Source of the DNA: Epithemia pelagica
Lineage: Eukaryota; Protista; Bacillariophyta
Assembly (NCBI GenBank): GCA_946965045.2
Contig: OX337239.1
Location: 2,728,001 to 2,792,000, forward strand
DNA: 64,000 nt
Direction of reading: 5' to 3'
The notes under the pieces are model-generated. The model worked only from the letters and a program-made list of their open reading frames with translations, was not told the origin of the DNA and searched no databases. Numbering within the stretch: position 1 is the stretch's first letter; every line of letters begins with the position of its first letter. Positions 32,786 through 45,645 of this stretch are shown piece by piece. The position numbers and the translations under genes are program-made.

Positions 32786-33218
32786 TTTTTTCTTCACTGT
32801 ATGTGATCCAGTTTTGCTCCAATGAGATAGTCACAATAAGAAATAGCTCCTCAAAAGAGTAGAGATAATGAAAATGATGGGAACACCAAAATGGGCTGCT
32901 CCTCCCTGGAAAACAAAAATCCAAATAACTTCAATGAGCATCATTTACAATTTTTAATCAATAGACTTGTGGCACTTCAAATGAAGACCTAATCGACTGC
33001 GTCCCATTTTGGGGAACAAATAGTTCTAAAGAGGAGAGAAGAAAGGAATCCAATGTCACATTTCTGCGTACAATTTGTCTCCAACGTGTCGTGATGTTCT
33101 TGACCTTAGAACTTGGTGCCCATTACTCCAAACATATAAGGAGGGCGCATTTTGAACCTCGATCCTTTGGTAAGGAACAAAAGTAAGGAACAAATTCAAG
33201 GTGATAAACAAATTCAAG
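32786..33218. repeat. Chimeric duplicate of 35529-35645 joined to 36210-36500
   Basis: Direct sequence matches. The junction lies at CTCC near 32900. Confidence 0.9.
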
Positions 33219-33219
33219 G

Positions 33220-35300
33220 TGATAGGTCTGATTACAAAAAAGCATTCTTGAAGTCAATAGAAACGGTGTGCAGTTTGTGTTGTATGGACAGGTTCAGAAG
33301 CAAGCGGACGGTTGGCCAATCAATGACCGGGGCGAATGTTTCATCACGACTGAAAGATGCCTTATGTTGATCCCCACGGACTACCAATTTGGCCTTGTAT
33401 CGTGAGATTGTTCCATCGGGCTTGCATATTTCCTCATGAATATCCACATGACATCTACAATTTCTTTCCCTTTTGCTTTGGAGCGTGGAACGAGTCTGAA
33501 AGTTTTCTTGGCCTCAAGTTCATTGAGTTCCTTGTCCATTGCAGCAATTCACTTGTCCTGCTCCTCTTGTGTTAAGTGTCGAATGTCAAAATACGACGGT
33601 GCGTCCTCATTAATCACTTTGGCGCTAAAATACAATGGATGCCAGTCGTCAATGATGCCCAGTGGTGATTGGATCTGAGCCAGGAGACGTGAGTCAAAGG
33701 TAGAGGTGAGCTTGTCTGGATAGAGGACCGAATGATGGTCCCATTGGATTGAATTGGCGTAGTGACTGAATGCGATGAGGTCCTTGTTGATAGCTGTCAT
33801 GGTGAAGGATCGGTCCTGAAAGCTAACATGAGTCCAAGATTTTTTGTAGTCTTCTCCAGTAAACTGATGTATATGACCACTTGGCAAATTATGTTCATGA
33901 TCTATCTTTCCCACCCTTTTCTGCAACTAATGACAAAGTGCCAAGAATCGTGTCTTAAGTCGGCTGTGTCTGGATACCGTGTCGGAGCGCGTTGTTGACA
34001 TTGGGGACGATGTGGTGGAGAAAAGGACTCGCCCGATTTGGGACTGGATGACTTGCCCAGTGTTGGACCTCCATTTGACTCAGCCCATGTGAATCAGACT
34101 CGCCCGGTGTGGAAGAGGGTGAATCGGGCTCTTCAGCGTCGATGGTTGGATCGTCTGTCTTGTGGAGTGGTGACAGAGGAACAGTATCATCCAGATGGAG
34201 GGGTGACATGTCAGATTGTGAATCAAGAGTCATCCGGCGATGATTACAACCAAAATCTAACGGTGTTGTAGGTGTAGAAGGGATGTCGTGTGACGGTTGC
34301 TGTGCCTGCTCGCCCTCGGGGACACTTGGAACTGGAAGGGAGGATGTGTCGTCGAAGGAAACAGTAGGACAGGACCAGATGGAATCCAAGTCAGGTAAAG
34401 GCCCATCACATGTTGAGTCATGGTCATCAAGGTAATGGTCGCGGGTGAAAAAGTCTGGTAAACTATTATTGGCTGGGACAGACCAGGTACTACTGACGGA
34501 CATGAAGAGTTCTTCATAAACCACGTGAAACTGGGGAGAAATGTGGCACTACTGACAGACATGAAGAGTTCGTCATAAACCACGTGAAACGGGGGAAAAA
34601 TGTGGCCAATGTCCAGGTTCCGAATCATACCAACCAAGCTTGAATGTTGGGAAGAAAATCCAAGGAACTGACCACGCCGTGAGCGACGAGCCCACTTGAG
34701 GAGCTTCTGGCCATCTTGTAATTTAGATCAGTGTTCTGGTTGTTCTCGTCCTCGGGTGTGCCATAAACGACCACAAACAGTAGACTCAAATGATCCATCG
34801 AAATCAATTCACCCGGAAGGAGCTTGCGATCAGTTGGTGTTAAGTGTCCAGCCTGTGGATGGGGTACGTTGGCCTTGGTTTGTGTTGATTGACATCGAGT
34901 CTTGGCATATAGACAGGCCAGACATTGGAGAGCTTCACAGGTACCACTGCTCCTGAATGCTGTTGTAAGACATGATGGTGTCATATTGCTGGAGTCGGAG
35001 GTAAAAGGTTGGTGAAGAAGTGGTTGAAGTCTCAGTATTCAAAGGACAACGACACCACTGATTGACACCGCAACAACAATCAACCGGTCGATGTTAAGGA
35101 GTTGCATGACTTGTGGCCTTGATAATTTTTCACCTGAACAATTGGAAGATTGCTGGAATAGTGAATGGGAACAGTAAGGCGACGTTCTGTATTTTTGTCA
35201 GGCATGATGCTGGCGAAAGATTGATTGCTCACAAAAGTGGGGAAACGTTGGTCTTGTTGAAGATAGGTGGCATTGATTTGAGGTGAACACAGTCTTGTAC
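33220..35300 (-). mobile_element. Degraded Ty1/copia pol relic (integrase pieces and RT N-terminus)
   Basis: Fragments PGELISMDH, GHIFPPFHVVYDELF and KPDGTISRYKAKLVVRGD..FAPVIDWPTVRLLL..IDFKNAFL. Confidence 0.85.
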
Positions 35301-37229
35301 CAGCAGCCTTGCTCATGAGGTACCTCTTGGGAACTGGCCTTGATTGTGTTATTAGAAACAGTTATCCCTCGCGACAGCAACAACAGAATTGGTTAGTATC
35401 AGAACAATTGAATCATAAATGAAGTAAGACCAACCAAGGTAGGGTACTATGTTACCAGAATGTTGCGATTTGTTTACTGGCTGGTCATTACTTTGAAAAC
35501 AAAACAGAAAACTTTGTTTCTTCAGTAGTTTTTTTCTTCACTGTATGTGATCCAGTTTTGCTCCAATGAGATAGTCTTAATAAGAAATAGCTCCTCAAAA
35601 GAGTAGAGATAATGAAAATGATGGGAACACCAAAATGGGCTGCTCCATGGAATGTCCATCAAATTGTCCTTGTTGAATGCTCCATCATGTACAACAACCC
35701 ATGCACAACAACCCAGACAACTTTGTGAAGAAATACAACAGAGCAAGTATTCTTGAGTTTGAAGGATAGCAACTGAGTTTCCACAATTGCTGTCATAGCT
35801 GACCAGAAGCAATTGGTGAAGTCAAGGATTCTGGATTTCAAATCAGCACAACAGTTGGATGCTTGAAAAAGGAAGATGAAAAGGACTTAGAATCAAACTT
35901 ATCATAGATGAAAGAATATGTGATGTATTATCTAGAGTAAAGTGTTCAAAGCAAAAGACATCAAATGTCTTGAAAGGGAACTAGGATGGGGCATTGTTCA
36001 TGACATGCATCTACACCATACACAATAAACCTGAGCAGAGCAACTAGAACTGCATTCCAAATCACCTAAGATTTAGAGCTGAAGCACCTTAGTTGTGTCC
36101 TTTTTTGTCACTGTTGCCTCTCTTCTTCATTGAGAGTATATTCTTCTCTCTGAGCTTTTTGTCAGATCTTAGTTGGGATGAGCTAACAGTTGTATGATTG
36201 AACCATATCTCCCTGGAAAACAAAAATCCAAATAACTTCAATGAACATCATTTACAATTTTCAATCAATAGACTTGTGGCACTTCAAATGAAGTCCTCAT
36301 CGACTGCGTCCCATTTTTGGGGAACAAATAGTTCTAAAGAGAAGAGAAGAAAGGAATCCAATGTCACATTTCTGCGTATGATTTGTCTCCAACGTGTCGT
36401 GATGTTCTTGACCTTAGAACTTGGTGCCCATTACTCCAAACATATAAGGAGGGCGCATTTTGAACCTCGATCATTTGGTAAGGAACAAATTCAAGGTGAT
36501 AACCATGCCCATTATGGCCTCGCTGGGCGTCTCGCATGGATTCAATTACAGGCTCATCACTGGAATGACTTATTGCTCCAACAACAAGAAAAAGGAAAAT
36601 AGCAGAGTCGAACGGAGTACCACCGACAGAAAATTGATGTTCTTGTCTTGTGATACGTACAAGTGTGAATGTGGGTGCGTTTCCAAGCCTTGTGTGCTTT
36701 CTTGTCTTGTGATACGTACAAGTGTGAATGTGGGTGCGTTTCCAAGCCTTGTGTGCTATCCAGAAGTAGCACAGTCCCTCCAGTGTCAGGGTGTCACTTT
36801 CTTTATGCACATTCCCATAACAGGTGGCACCACCAGTCGTAATACCAATAATTTACTCTTACATCCTTAAAGGACAAGCAGTCGAGAGTCATCAGGACCA
36901 AGCTCTCGAGGAATGGATGACCATGGAAAGCCAGGTGGACACCATGAATACAAACACTCCCACTTTCTTGCAACAGCAACAACAGAATTGGCTAGTATCA
37001 GAACAATTGAATCATAAATGAAGTACGACCAACCAGGGTAGGGTAGTATCTACTTTGACTGCTAGGAGAGCGGACGTAGAGGGGCGTGACGAGGAGGGCT
37101 TAGGACGACGAGGAGGGCAATAGCTTCAAGAAGTGGACTGCTTAAGTAAGTCTGCCAAGGCAGGTGAGCGCAAAACCAATGATTCTTGATGTCATTGTGC
37201 TTGCTACGTGGTGTCATGCGTGGTGGATC

Positions 37230-40037
37230 TTTTGTGGCCAGTTGGAGGGCTGTAAATCACATTTTGCACATCTCCCCACGTTTGTGTAAATGCCCGACAT
37301 GGGCAACTTTCCCTTCAGCCATCTATACTCCATCATGCAAACAACACACCTTGCCCTTCCTTCCACTTCGACAGGAACATGTCCGTTCGAACAACGTTGA
37401 TTGTCACGACTCGTCGGGTCCCTGGTACACTAACCACTGTTGGCTCGTAGTTCAGCAGACACTGGGCAATGATGGTGTAGAAACCATGCCTGCTGAGATG
37501 CTTTCTCCGACCTCGCAATGGCTGCTCGTCGCTGGACAAATTCCATGCAATGAAGGCATTCAGCAACATCAGATCAATGCAAGCAAGATATACTTTCTTG
37601 TACCACTTTTTGTAATGACTCCGTTTCGAGAACCCCCCCCCCCCCAAAAATGACCACGCATCTGATCACCCTTGTCAACAGAACCCATTGCTTTTTGGTA
37701 GCAGATCAAGGGGTTGGGGCAGTTCAATTCCTTTTTTTTCGAACCAATTTGTCGCTGAACAACAGAATGGCCAGTGTCTTCAATAGTGGACACAAAAGAG
37801 ACCACCTTACTGTCCACCCACAGGCCACAGACGACCCCATTGACTGCGTCATGTATCACCTTGAATGTTCCCCGGTTGGTCTTGGACTTGGACAAATTCA
37901 TTAGAGTCTTGTCCCACCCTACCCTATTCGACCGGACTGTACCTGTCCAAAAACAATTGAATCTTTTGCGTAGGATTACGGCGAGCTGTGGTGCCATGTA
38001 CCTGTTGTCCATGCTTATGTGGTGCATTCCTTCCGTCTCCTTGTGAAGGCCCAAGGCATAACATGCATTGAGAACAGCCTTCATAGTGGTAGAGAACTTG
38101 TGGATACTTGGGCGAATATTAGAATTGGTTGCGTTCTTCCCCTGGTACACATGGAGGTGTAGGATGGCATAGTTTGCCGAAGAAGCCATGATGAAGAAGT
38201 CGACTCTAAACTTCTGGGGCTTATCTTTATTGAATTGACGCACCGGGCAATGCCTTGAACGGATGCCCACGCCTCCTTCATCAAATGCCATGTCCTTTGG
38301 GACATAGAACGTCTTTCTGGATGTCTCGTTTATTTGATGCAACAAAGTCCGTAATTGGTAGCACTTCCCCCCCCCCCCCAGCGGCAACGACGTCCTTATT
38401 TTCCGGGTGGAACGCACCTCTTATCTGGCGGAAACGGTTCAAGGTCATGTACTTCACCGCAAATCCTCTGTTATCCTCGATCTCAATGGGTGGTACGTCT
38501 GGTCCCACATTGTACGTTTGGTAAGCAGTGTACCCCCCCCCCCCCCCCCATCCACTGGCTTTAGGGACATCATGAGCAGAATTCCCAAGAAGCGGTACAT
38601 TTCTTTGATTGTCACATCACCCACCGCTGTGAATGGTAGTATCCATTTCGGGAAGCATGCCTCTCCTTCAAGTGGGAATGATAATATTCAGTCGTTGAGG
38701 CTGTTAGCTTTATTATTATTACGTCACTTAGCCCACCACACCTCTGGAAACATTCGAAGGGTGTGGAAAAAGTATCCCATACTCCAGGGCGTAGGTTATT
38801 TCCACCTGCATATAGTTACTTGTGACGTTGGTCACTCCAAATGTGGTTCATACCTGGCGGGCTTTCCGTCTCAACGTACTTGAACACAAGGCTATGCAGA
38901 GTATTGAGGAGTGTGGTTCGGTCATCCGTTGTAGAACTGTCGCCATTGTTGCCTCCTTCTGCCTGCTACTCTGCAGCAGTGTTTTCCTGATCTTCCTGAA
39001 CTTGCGAATTGTCGTTGTCGTTCGAGGCACAGCTGTCATCGTCTGACCGCCTACTATTGTCATCATCGCTCATTGCACCATCTTGATCGTCGTCAGATGT
39101 TTCTGACAGAATTTCTCCCTCTCCTGCTCGCAGTGCCCGTCTTGTTGTCGCTCGATTCACATGTTGTTGTTGGGTGGTCTGTTGCCTGGACCTGTGTGGC
39201 TATTGGGGACTCGTCAGGAACCATTGTTCGTAGCGCCGCTCGGCCTTGAGCACGTATGGTCTCTTCTGTGTCTGCTTGGTTTTCGTTACGGCGACCATTC
39301 AGTCGTGGTCGAGCGCCAGTCAATCCAGTACTCTCTGTCAATGGACTGCGGACATTCACTTGGTTACCAACAACGCTGGGGATAGCGGGTGGGTTGTTAT
39401 TTTGTTCTTGTTGATTTGTTTTACAATTCGAAATGTAAGTCTACAAGAGATCTTTCATTCCTTGCGTAGACGTGAACGACGTAGAGGACCATTCTAACGG
39501 AATTTGCTCGTCATGTTCCCATTCGATGAGGAACATGTAATTGTTCCTCTTGGCAGGACACGACACAATCCGCCCATTCATCATATAAGGGTTCGAGGTG
39601 GATTGTCGCGGAAATCTGGCAGCAAAAGGATTGACAAACTGTGACTTGAGCCAAAATGTATGTGGGGCTCGGAGCTTTTGTTTGGCGAAGCTGAATCGAA
39701 CTCTGGTGGGTTTTTGCTTGGTGCTGGCTGGTTCTTGAGGAGCCCGTTGATGAGGATGCTGCTCTACAGGACGCTGCTCTGGAGGATGCGGCTGCTTTGA
39801 AGGGGGGTGCAACGTAGGGGGGGGGGGTGGATCTTGGGTGACAACAACAGGCCCATCATTTTGAGAGTTGTCTTGCTGGTCTTCGGCACCATCCATTGGT
39901 AAATAGAGACGCAACAATGTATGGATTGGTAATTTGTTGGAGACTTCCAATAGCCGGTGGTGATTCAACTTCGTCAGAAAGGAAGCAATGTTGTGCCATT
40001 CGACAGGGTCTCTAAAGAGAGTCGAAAAATGAGGCAA
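37230..40037 (-). mobile_element. Degraded piggyBac-like transposase (DDE_Tnp_1_7 type)
   Basis: Fragments AFDEGG..RQFNKDKPQKF, ISMDNRY, TGTVRSNR, WVDSKVV, YQKAMGSVDKGDQ and KWYKKVYLACIDLMLLNAFIAW. Frameshifts fall at C runs. Termini were not found, and the upstream ORF 39441..40037 is assigned only tentatively. Confidence 0.85.
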
Positions 40038-41204
40038 GATGCGAATTCTTCTAAGGTGATTTCGACGATGATGCAGTCATAATTCAACTATATTGTCTTA
40101 GAGTAAAATTTTCGAAATTTCACGGGTTATCGTTTGGAAGTGTTTATATTATAGGATACAAGGTATAGGAAGAGATATGGATCTTCAAATGAAATGGTGG
40201 TGCATATGTGCACCTCGTTGTTGTCGGGAGGTGCATATGTGATACTCGGTGTTGAATGGCGTTAAGATACCCAACAAAAAGCTCTGTCTTGGAGGTCCTA
40301 CTGAAGTCAAGAGTCAAATTTGGGCTTGAGATGTCTTCTTAAATGCCAAATTTTGTTCCCTAATTGACAGAAGCACCAGGATTAACCCAACTTTTTAAAG
40401 CCAGACATTGGCCATTATCAATATTTGCATTGGGTCTTCTTTTTCTTTGATCACAACCATTTGGTTCAGTCCCGCACAGTTCTGTTTTATTGTAACAACT
40501 GCTCATTTCTTAATCATGCACATGCACTCAAAGCACAAATAACGTCCCGTCTTAAATGTTATCAACATTGTCTTTCTTCTTCCTGTTGTTGTACTTGAAG
40601 TTTCATCTTCTTTGTGAAAACCTGATTCGTGTGCTCCCATTTCTATTCCGTCTTCCTTTTGTGCAGGAACTTGAAGTCTAATCTTCTTTGAGAAATCCTG
40701 ATACATGTGCTCCAATTCCTATTCCATCCTCCTTTTGTGCGGGTTCCTACCTGGTCACTCTCTTTCTGTTGTCCCATTGAAGTCTGTTTCCTATGTGTTT
40801 CAGTGTCACATCCTCTTCATTGCACAAACATACATTGTTGATTGAAGTCACCTTTTCTGGAACTCCACATTTCTTTTTGTAACTTGAGGCTTTTCTGTTG
40901 CTGTGATGTGCATCAATTCTTGCACATCATTGTTACAACAACTGTGACATCACTTTTCCTCTTAAACTACCGTAATATCCGGTAGATAAGCACCACGGAA
41001 TGTCCATGAAAACACTGTGGTGGAGCTTAACTTCCAAAAAACTACTATTATTGAAAAGTAGAATTCCGTCAATTTTGGCGCCTAGTCTATCCATTAGTCT
41101 ATCCATTTTGGCGCCTTATCCATCTATGTTGGCACTTCATCCAAGTGATCCGATTATACACGAGCCACAATAAAAGCAAAACCAAAACCCACAAAAATCA
41201 AACA

Positions 41205-42401
41205 ATGGCAGAGGACTCGGATACAGAAAACCCTGGAGAGGACGGGGAAGAGCCAAGAGTTCAAGTTTCTCCACCAAAGAAGCGTCGCAGGTTTTCTCTT
41301 CACGAGAAGCTCCGTATCGTCCGGAATATTCGGTATCGTATCGAACGGTTTGGTGCATCCCAACGATCTGCATGTCGTGAGTTGAAAATCAATCATAAGC
41401 AAGTCATTGATTGGAAAAAGCAATTTAACAATTTACAGAACGCGTCGAACAAAAGGGCAAAATCCTTGTGCAAGGGAAGAGTCTCTGCACTTGCTCCTTA
41501 TCGCAGTGAGCTTTTAGCTTTTATCTTTGAATTACGTGAAAGTGGCATGGCAGTCAACAACACAATGGTCCTATTGAAGGCAGCGCAGCTTTCTTCAGAT
41601 TTCCGTCGCAAGTCCAGAGGTGCTCAGGATAGTATCATTCGGCGTTTTGTCAAAATCAATGGAATGGTGCATTGACTTGGCACCCATCAATCACAACGTG
41701 CACCTTCAGAAACAGAGTCTGAAGCACGTGATTTCATGGAAGTTGCTCGTCAAAAGGTTTCTCTCCCTTGTCGCCACAAGGATTTCATACTTAACATGGA
41801 CCAGACGCCTTTGCCATTTTCGTACGATGCAAAATCTACTTTGGAATTGATCGGACGGAGGACTGTGCATGTCCGAAAATCTACAAACGATACGAAACAG
41901 GCAACATGTGCATTGACTGTAACTGCTTCAGGCAAAATGCTCACACCTCTGATGGTCTTCAAAGGAAAGCCACATGGACGAATTGTTACTCGTGAGTTTC
42001 CCGATTATCCTAAAAGCATGGTATATACCTGCCAAGATAATGCCTGGATGGATGAACGAGTGATGCTTCTTTGGGTAGACAGCGTTCTAAAACCATATAT
42101 TGACACGGCGCCTGAAAATGTTGTTCCAACCCTCTTCCTCGACTCTTACAGGTGCCATATCATGGCGAGTGTGGTAAGTGCTATCCAGAATCTTGGTGTG
42201 GAAGTGGAACACATCCCAGGTGGTTGCACATATTTGTGTCAACCAGTCGATGTTGGTGTTAATAAGCCATACAAGACACAAATGAGAAATCAATGGGAGA
42301 GTTGGATGGTTGGAGAGGGAATCATTCATGGGACAACAAGTTCACCAACGCGTAAAAAGATTGTAGAGTGGGCACTTGTTGCCAATTCCAGGACGACCTA
42401 G
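41205..42401 (+). pseudogene. pogo transposase (HTH plus DDE_1, DD35D) with an in-frame TGA at 41673-41675
   Basis: Motifs NMDQTP, NAWMDE, LFLDSY and QPVDVG, with 35 residues between D2 and D3. ORFs 41145..41675 and 41736..42401 share a frame. Confidence 0.92.
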
Positions 42402-42510
42402 GAGACAATCCAAAACTCTTGGAAACGCCATGACTTTTCATGGTTTCCTAATGAAGCAAACAACAGTAGCAGCAATAACAGTAACTAAGGTCTTCATATA
42501 TTACTATAAT

Positions 42511-42996
42511 TCAAGGTTCATCAGGTTTCCTCTTTTTTGTGGTTTTTGCCGTGGCAACAAGGACAGGAGGAGAGATGAGTGCTGCAACTGCACAGCCTGA
42601 ATTTCTGTGATGCTTCTGGCGTTTGGTAGGACTGTCACTTTCTTCATTGTAGATCTCAATAATTTGGGCCAAGACACCTTCAACGGATTTCCAGTGCTTT
42701 ACATGATGACGGGGTAGATATCCTATGCGGCACCTGTCAATCCCATCCGACACCCAGAATGCTGCAATGACACCCTCCTCCCGGCCTTGGATCATCACTT
42801 GAACTTTGCGTAGTCTCACCACCATATCCTCTTCCAGAACATGTCCACATATGGTATGTTCCTCACATGAACGCCCATTTGTGGCGGAGTTGATACCCAC
42901 AATCTCCACAGTTTCTCCTGAAGGGTGAAACGCCATGATGCATGTGATATACCGCTGCAAAGCTCTTTTACTGCAGTTTCTCACTATATGGTCCAT
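42511..42996 (-). CDS. Convergent accessory ORF inside the pogo element, HIRAN-like
   Basis: An intact ORF within the TIRs. VEIVG...VVRLRK...IAAFWV..G...IGYLPR follows the HIRAN beta-barrel pattern by eye. Confidence 0.55.
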   Translation of the reverse strand: MDHIVRNCSKRALQRYITCIMAFHPSGETVEIVGINSATNGRSCEEHTICGHVLEEDMVVRLRKVQVMIQGREEGVIAAFWVSDGIDRCRIGYLPRHHVKHWKSVEGVLAQIIEIYNEESDSPTKRQKHHRNSGCAVAALISPPVLVATAKTTKKRKPDEP

Positions 42997-43169
42997 TAGT
43001 ACGTTACTCCCTTAGAGCGAGAAAGAATTGAAAATGTACACACAAAATCACTACTGGAGCGTAACTTCCGCTGGAGCTTATCTACCGGATATTACGGTAT
43101 CCCTATTGTATCCCTTTTGGTGGCTGTCAAATCTTCTATCATCTCTTCAATTGTTCTTTGATCCTTTTT

Positions 43170-44765
43170 TCCTTCAGTCAACCACTCAGGGTTGGTCTTC
43201 TCTTGTGTGAACATTCACACTTTTCACACAAAAACAGCTTTGGCATGTTGTGAACTTTTTTGCATCCCCTGAGACGTGGTGAGTAACAGGCAAATTCTTT
43301 GTCGGGGTCCAAGAAGACAAGTCTATTAATATGTGGATTCATGTTGCCGGATAAAAATCTTTTGGAATGAATAACGACTAATTTTTTTATACCATTCTCG
43401 CAATCTTCATCAGTTACACAAGTTTAAAAAATTTTCATTCAGGTAAATATAACTAGACCTTTGTTTGTGTAACCCCTAACCTTTTTGTCATTTTAGTCGC
43501 TTTTATGAAAGACTATGAGGACGGACAAGCAAAATGGCATGGTGCTGCTAAATCACAAATAAAGACACAGTCCTATAGTTCATATTATTTTTCACCAGAA
43601 TGGAAGGTCTTGACATTTGCAAAATACGGCCAGCAACAATCAAATTTAAGGGGTACCCCATCGGAGGCGATCGCTCACGGAGGGGCAAAATAGCGAACTC
43701 CGGGCCAAATAGCAATGGTCCGTCGCCTTTCATTTATTACGCTCGCACAGTAGTTGTTGGTCCATCCTTTGGTTCTAGGAGCATATCATGTCAACGTATT
43801 TTGACTGGAAGTGAAGCTTTCGTCGTTCTGACAAGACACCATTTTCTCAATACGTACACGGCTGTCTTTTCCCAATACATTTCAGAATGATTGTGCATCG
43901 GCTCAAAAATATAAGGTGCTCTTGTCCAAATTAAAAGCCAACATAACAGGATCTTTGACGTCTTCGTTTGAAGTTAGTGCCACCATGACAAGAACTGACA
44001 TGTTTTCTCTCTTCCAAGATGACAATGGAACATTGTTTGGATATGAATCCGGGCTTGACTCTTGTGACAAAACTTTGTCAACATAAACGTGATCTTCGTG
44101 ATGGTAATGGATCATTAGTTTCAAGCAAAGTATATAACAACGTTCCAGGCATTGAATTTCTTTGAGGTCTACACTGGTGTCTATGGGGGATATGAACAAT
44201 CCTTGATACCGGGTGTCTCTGTCTCATCAACCCCGTCAGTGTCATACATGTAAACAGGTAAAACAAGTAAAAAGAGCCTTGATCTCGACATTTGCATTGC
44301 TCTTGCCAAGACCGGGAGCATACTGCGTGGCAAGCATCATTGCTCTTTTTAGGATCTTATTATTTCTTGTATTCTCCTCTTCAGCGAACTTCTCGATATA
44401 GCAACCCCAGCTTCGTTGACGCTTAACACAGGGTCCGACACATCTGGTATTTTGATATAGGGAGGATGTACACCAGGAGGGTTTGGTGAGCACGGAGTAC
44501 TGGCTTCATTTCTAGATGGTGGATATCCTTCCTGTTTGGGGACGTGTCGCCTAGGCCAGAAATCACTTGTTGTAAGCTGAACACTTCTTACCTTCCTGTC
44601 CTTGTCCTCGACGACAGTCTTGTCCCCATGGTAAGGAGGTACCTCTTGGGAACTGGCCTTGATCGTGTCGTTAGAAACAGTCATCCCTCGCGACAGCAAC
44701 AACAGAATTGGTTAGTATCAGAGCAAGTGAATCATAAATGAAGTAGGACCAACCAGGGTAGCGTA
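43170..44765 (-). pseudogene. Degraded, more complete copy of the ORF 16236..17309 family, including its own start region
   Basis: Fragments PYIKIPDVSDPVL, EKFAEEENTRNNKILKRAMMLATQYAPGL and CLKLMIHYHHEDHVYVDKV..SWKRENMSVLVMVALTS..DPVML. The 5' region 44638-44762 also occurs at 35320-35445 and partly at 36968-37045. Confidence 0.7.
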
Positions 44766-44873
44766 GTAAATCTACTTTAATAGCTGAGGGTGGAAGAGGA
44801 CGAGCTAGGGTGTGAGGAGTGGCTTAACTCCGAGAAGGGCAATAGCGATGAGGCGTGAACTGCCAAGCGGATC

Positions 44874-45475
44874 AAAGAAGATCAAGATCAAGGACTGATA
44901 CCACCAATGCGTATCGAGGGGGCAGTCCACTCCTCGTTGCTATTGCCCGACGAGGAGTTAAGCCACTTCTCGTGTCAAAGAAGATCAAGATCAAGGACTG
45001 ATACCACCAAAGCGGATCGAGGGGGCAGTCCACTCCTCGTTGCTATTGCCAGACGAGGAGTTAAGCCACTTCTCGTGTCAAAGAAGATCAAGATCAAGGA
45101 CTGATACCACCAAAGCGGATCGAGGGGGCAGTCCACTCCTCGTTGCTATTGCCCGACGAGGAGTTAAGCCACTTCTTGTGTCAAAGAAGATCAAGATCAA
45201 GGACTGATACCACCAAAGCAGATCGAGGGGGCAGTCCACTCCTCGTTGCTATTGCCCGACGAGGAGTTAAGCCACTTCTTGTGTCAAAGAAGATCAAGAT
45301 CAAGGACTGATACCACCAAAGCGGATCGAGGGGGCAGTCCACTCCTCGTCGCTATTGCCCGACGAGGAGTTAAGCCACTTCTTGTGTCAAAGAAGATCAA
45401 GGACTGATACCACCAAAGCGGATCGAGGGGGCAGTCCACTCCTCGTCGCTATTGCCCGACGAGGAGTTAAGCCAC
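44874..45475. repeat. Tandem array of about six 103-bp units, each containing a hairpin
   Basis: AAAGAAGATCAAG starts at 44874, 44977, 45080, 45183, 45286 and 45389. Each unit has ACTCCTCGT-N12-ACGAGGAGT. Confidence 0.97.
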
Positions 45476-45645
45476 GAGGAGCACCCTGCGACGAGGAGTC
45501 CACCGGGGCTATTAAAGTTCTTTAGCTTCCTTTGTCACGAGGAGTCGTGCCTGTTGCCCGACGAGGACTTAAGCCACGAGGAGCACCCTGCGACAAGGAG
45601 ACCACCGGGGCTGTTCAAGTATGTTAGCTTCCTTTGTCACGACTG
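45458..45645. repeat. Two related units of about 100 bp continuing the array
   Basis: GACGAGGA(G/C)TTAAGCCACGAGGAGCACCCTGCGAC...AGCTTCCTTTGTCACGA occurs twice. Confidence 0.85.

Larger units (their letters stand above)
40970..43097 (+). mobile_element. pogo-family DNA transposon of 2128 bp with perfect 22-bp TIRs and TA target duplication
   Basis: CCGTAATATCCGGTAGATAAGC at 40970-40991 and its reverse complement at 43076-43097, with TA at 40968-40969 and 43098-43099. Confidence 0.95.

Noticed and set aside
37100-40400. TTAA-flanked piggyBac termini
   Set aside because: TTAA sites exist, but I found no matching inverted pair.
43200-43330. RING remnant downstream of the 44-kb family copy
   Set aside because: Only GCKKVH and scattered Cys are present, and the ligand spacing does not fit a RING.
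44874-45475. CRISPR array
   Set aside because: The whole 103-bp unit repeats with no unique spacers, there are no cas genes, and the context is eukaryotic.
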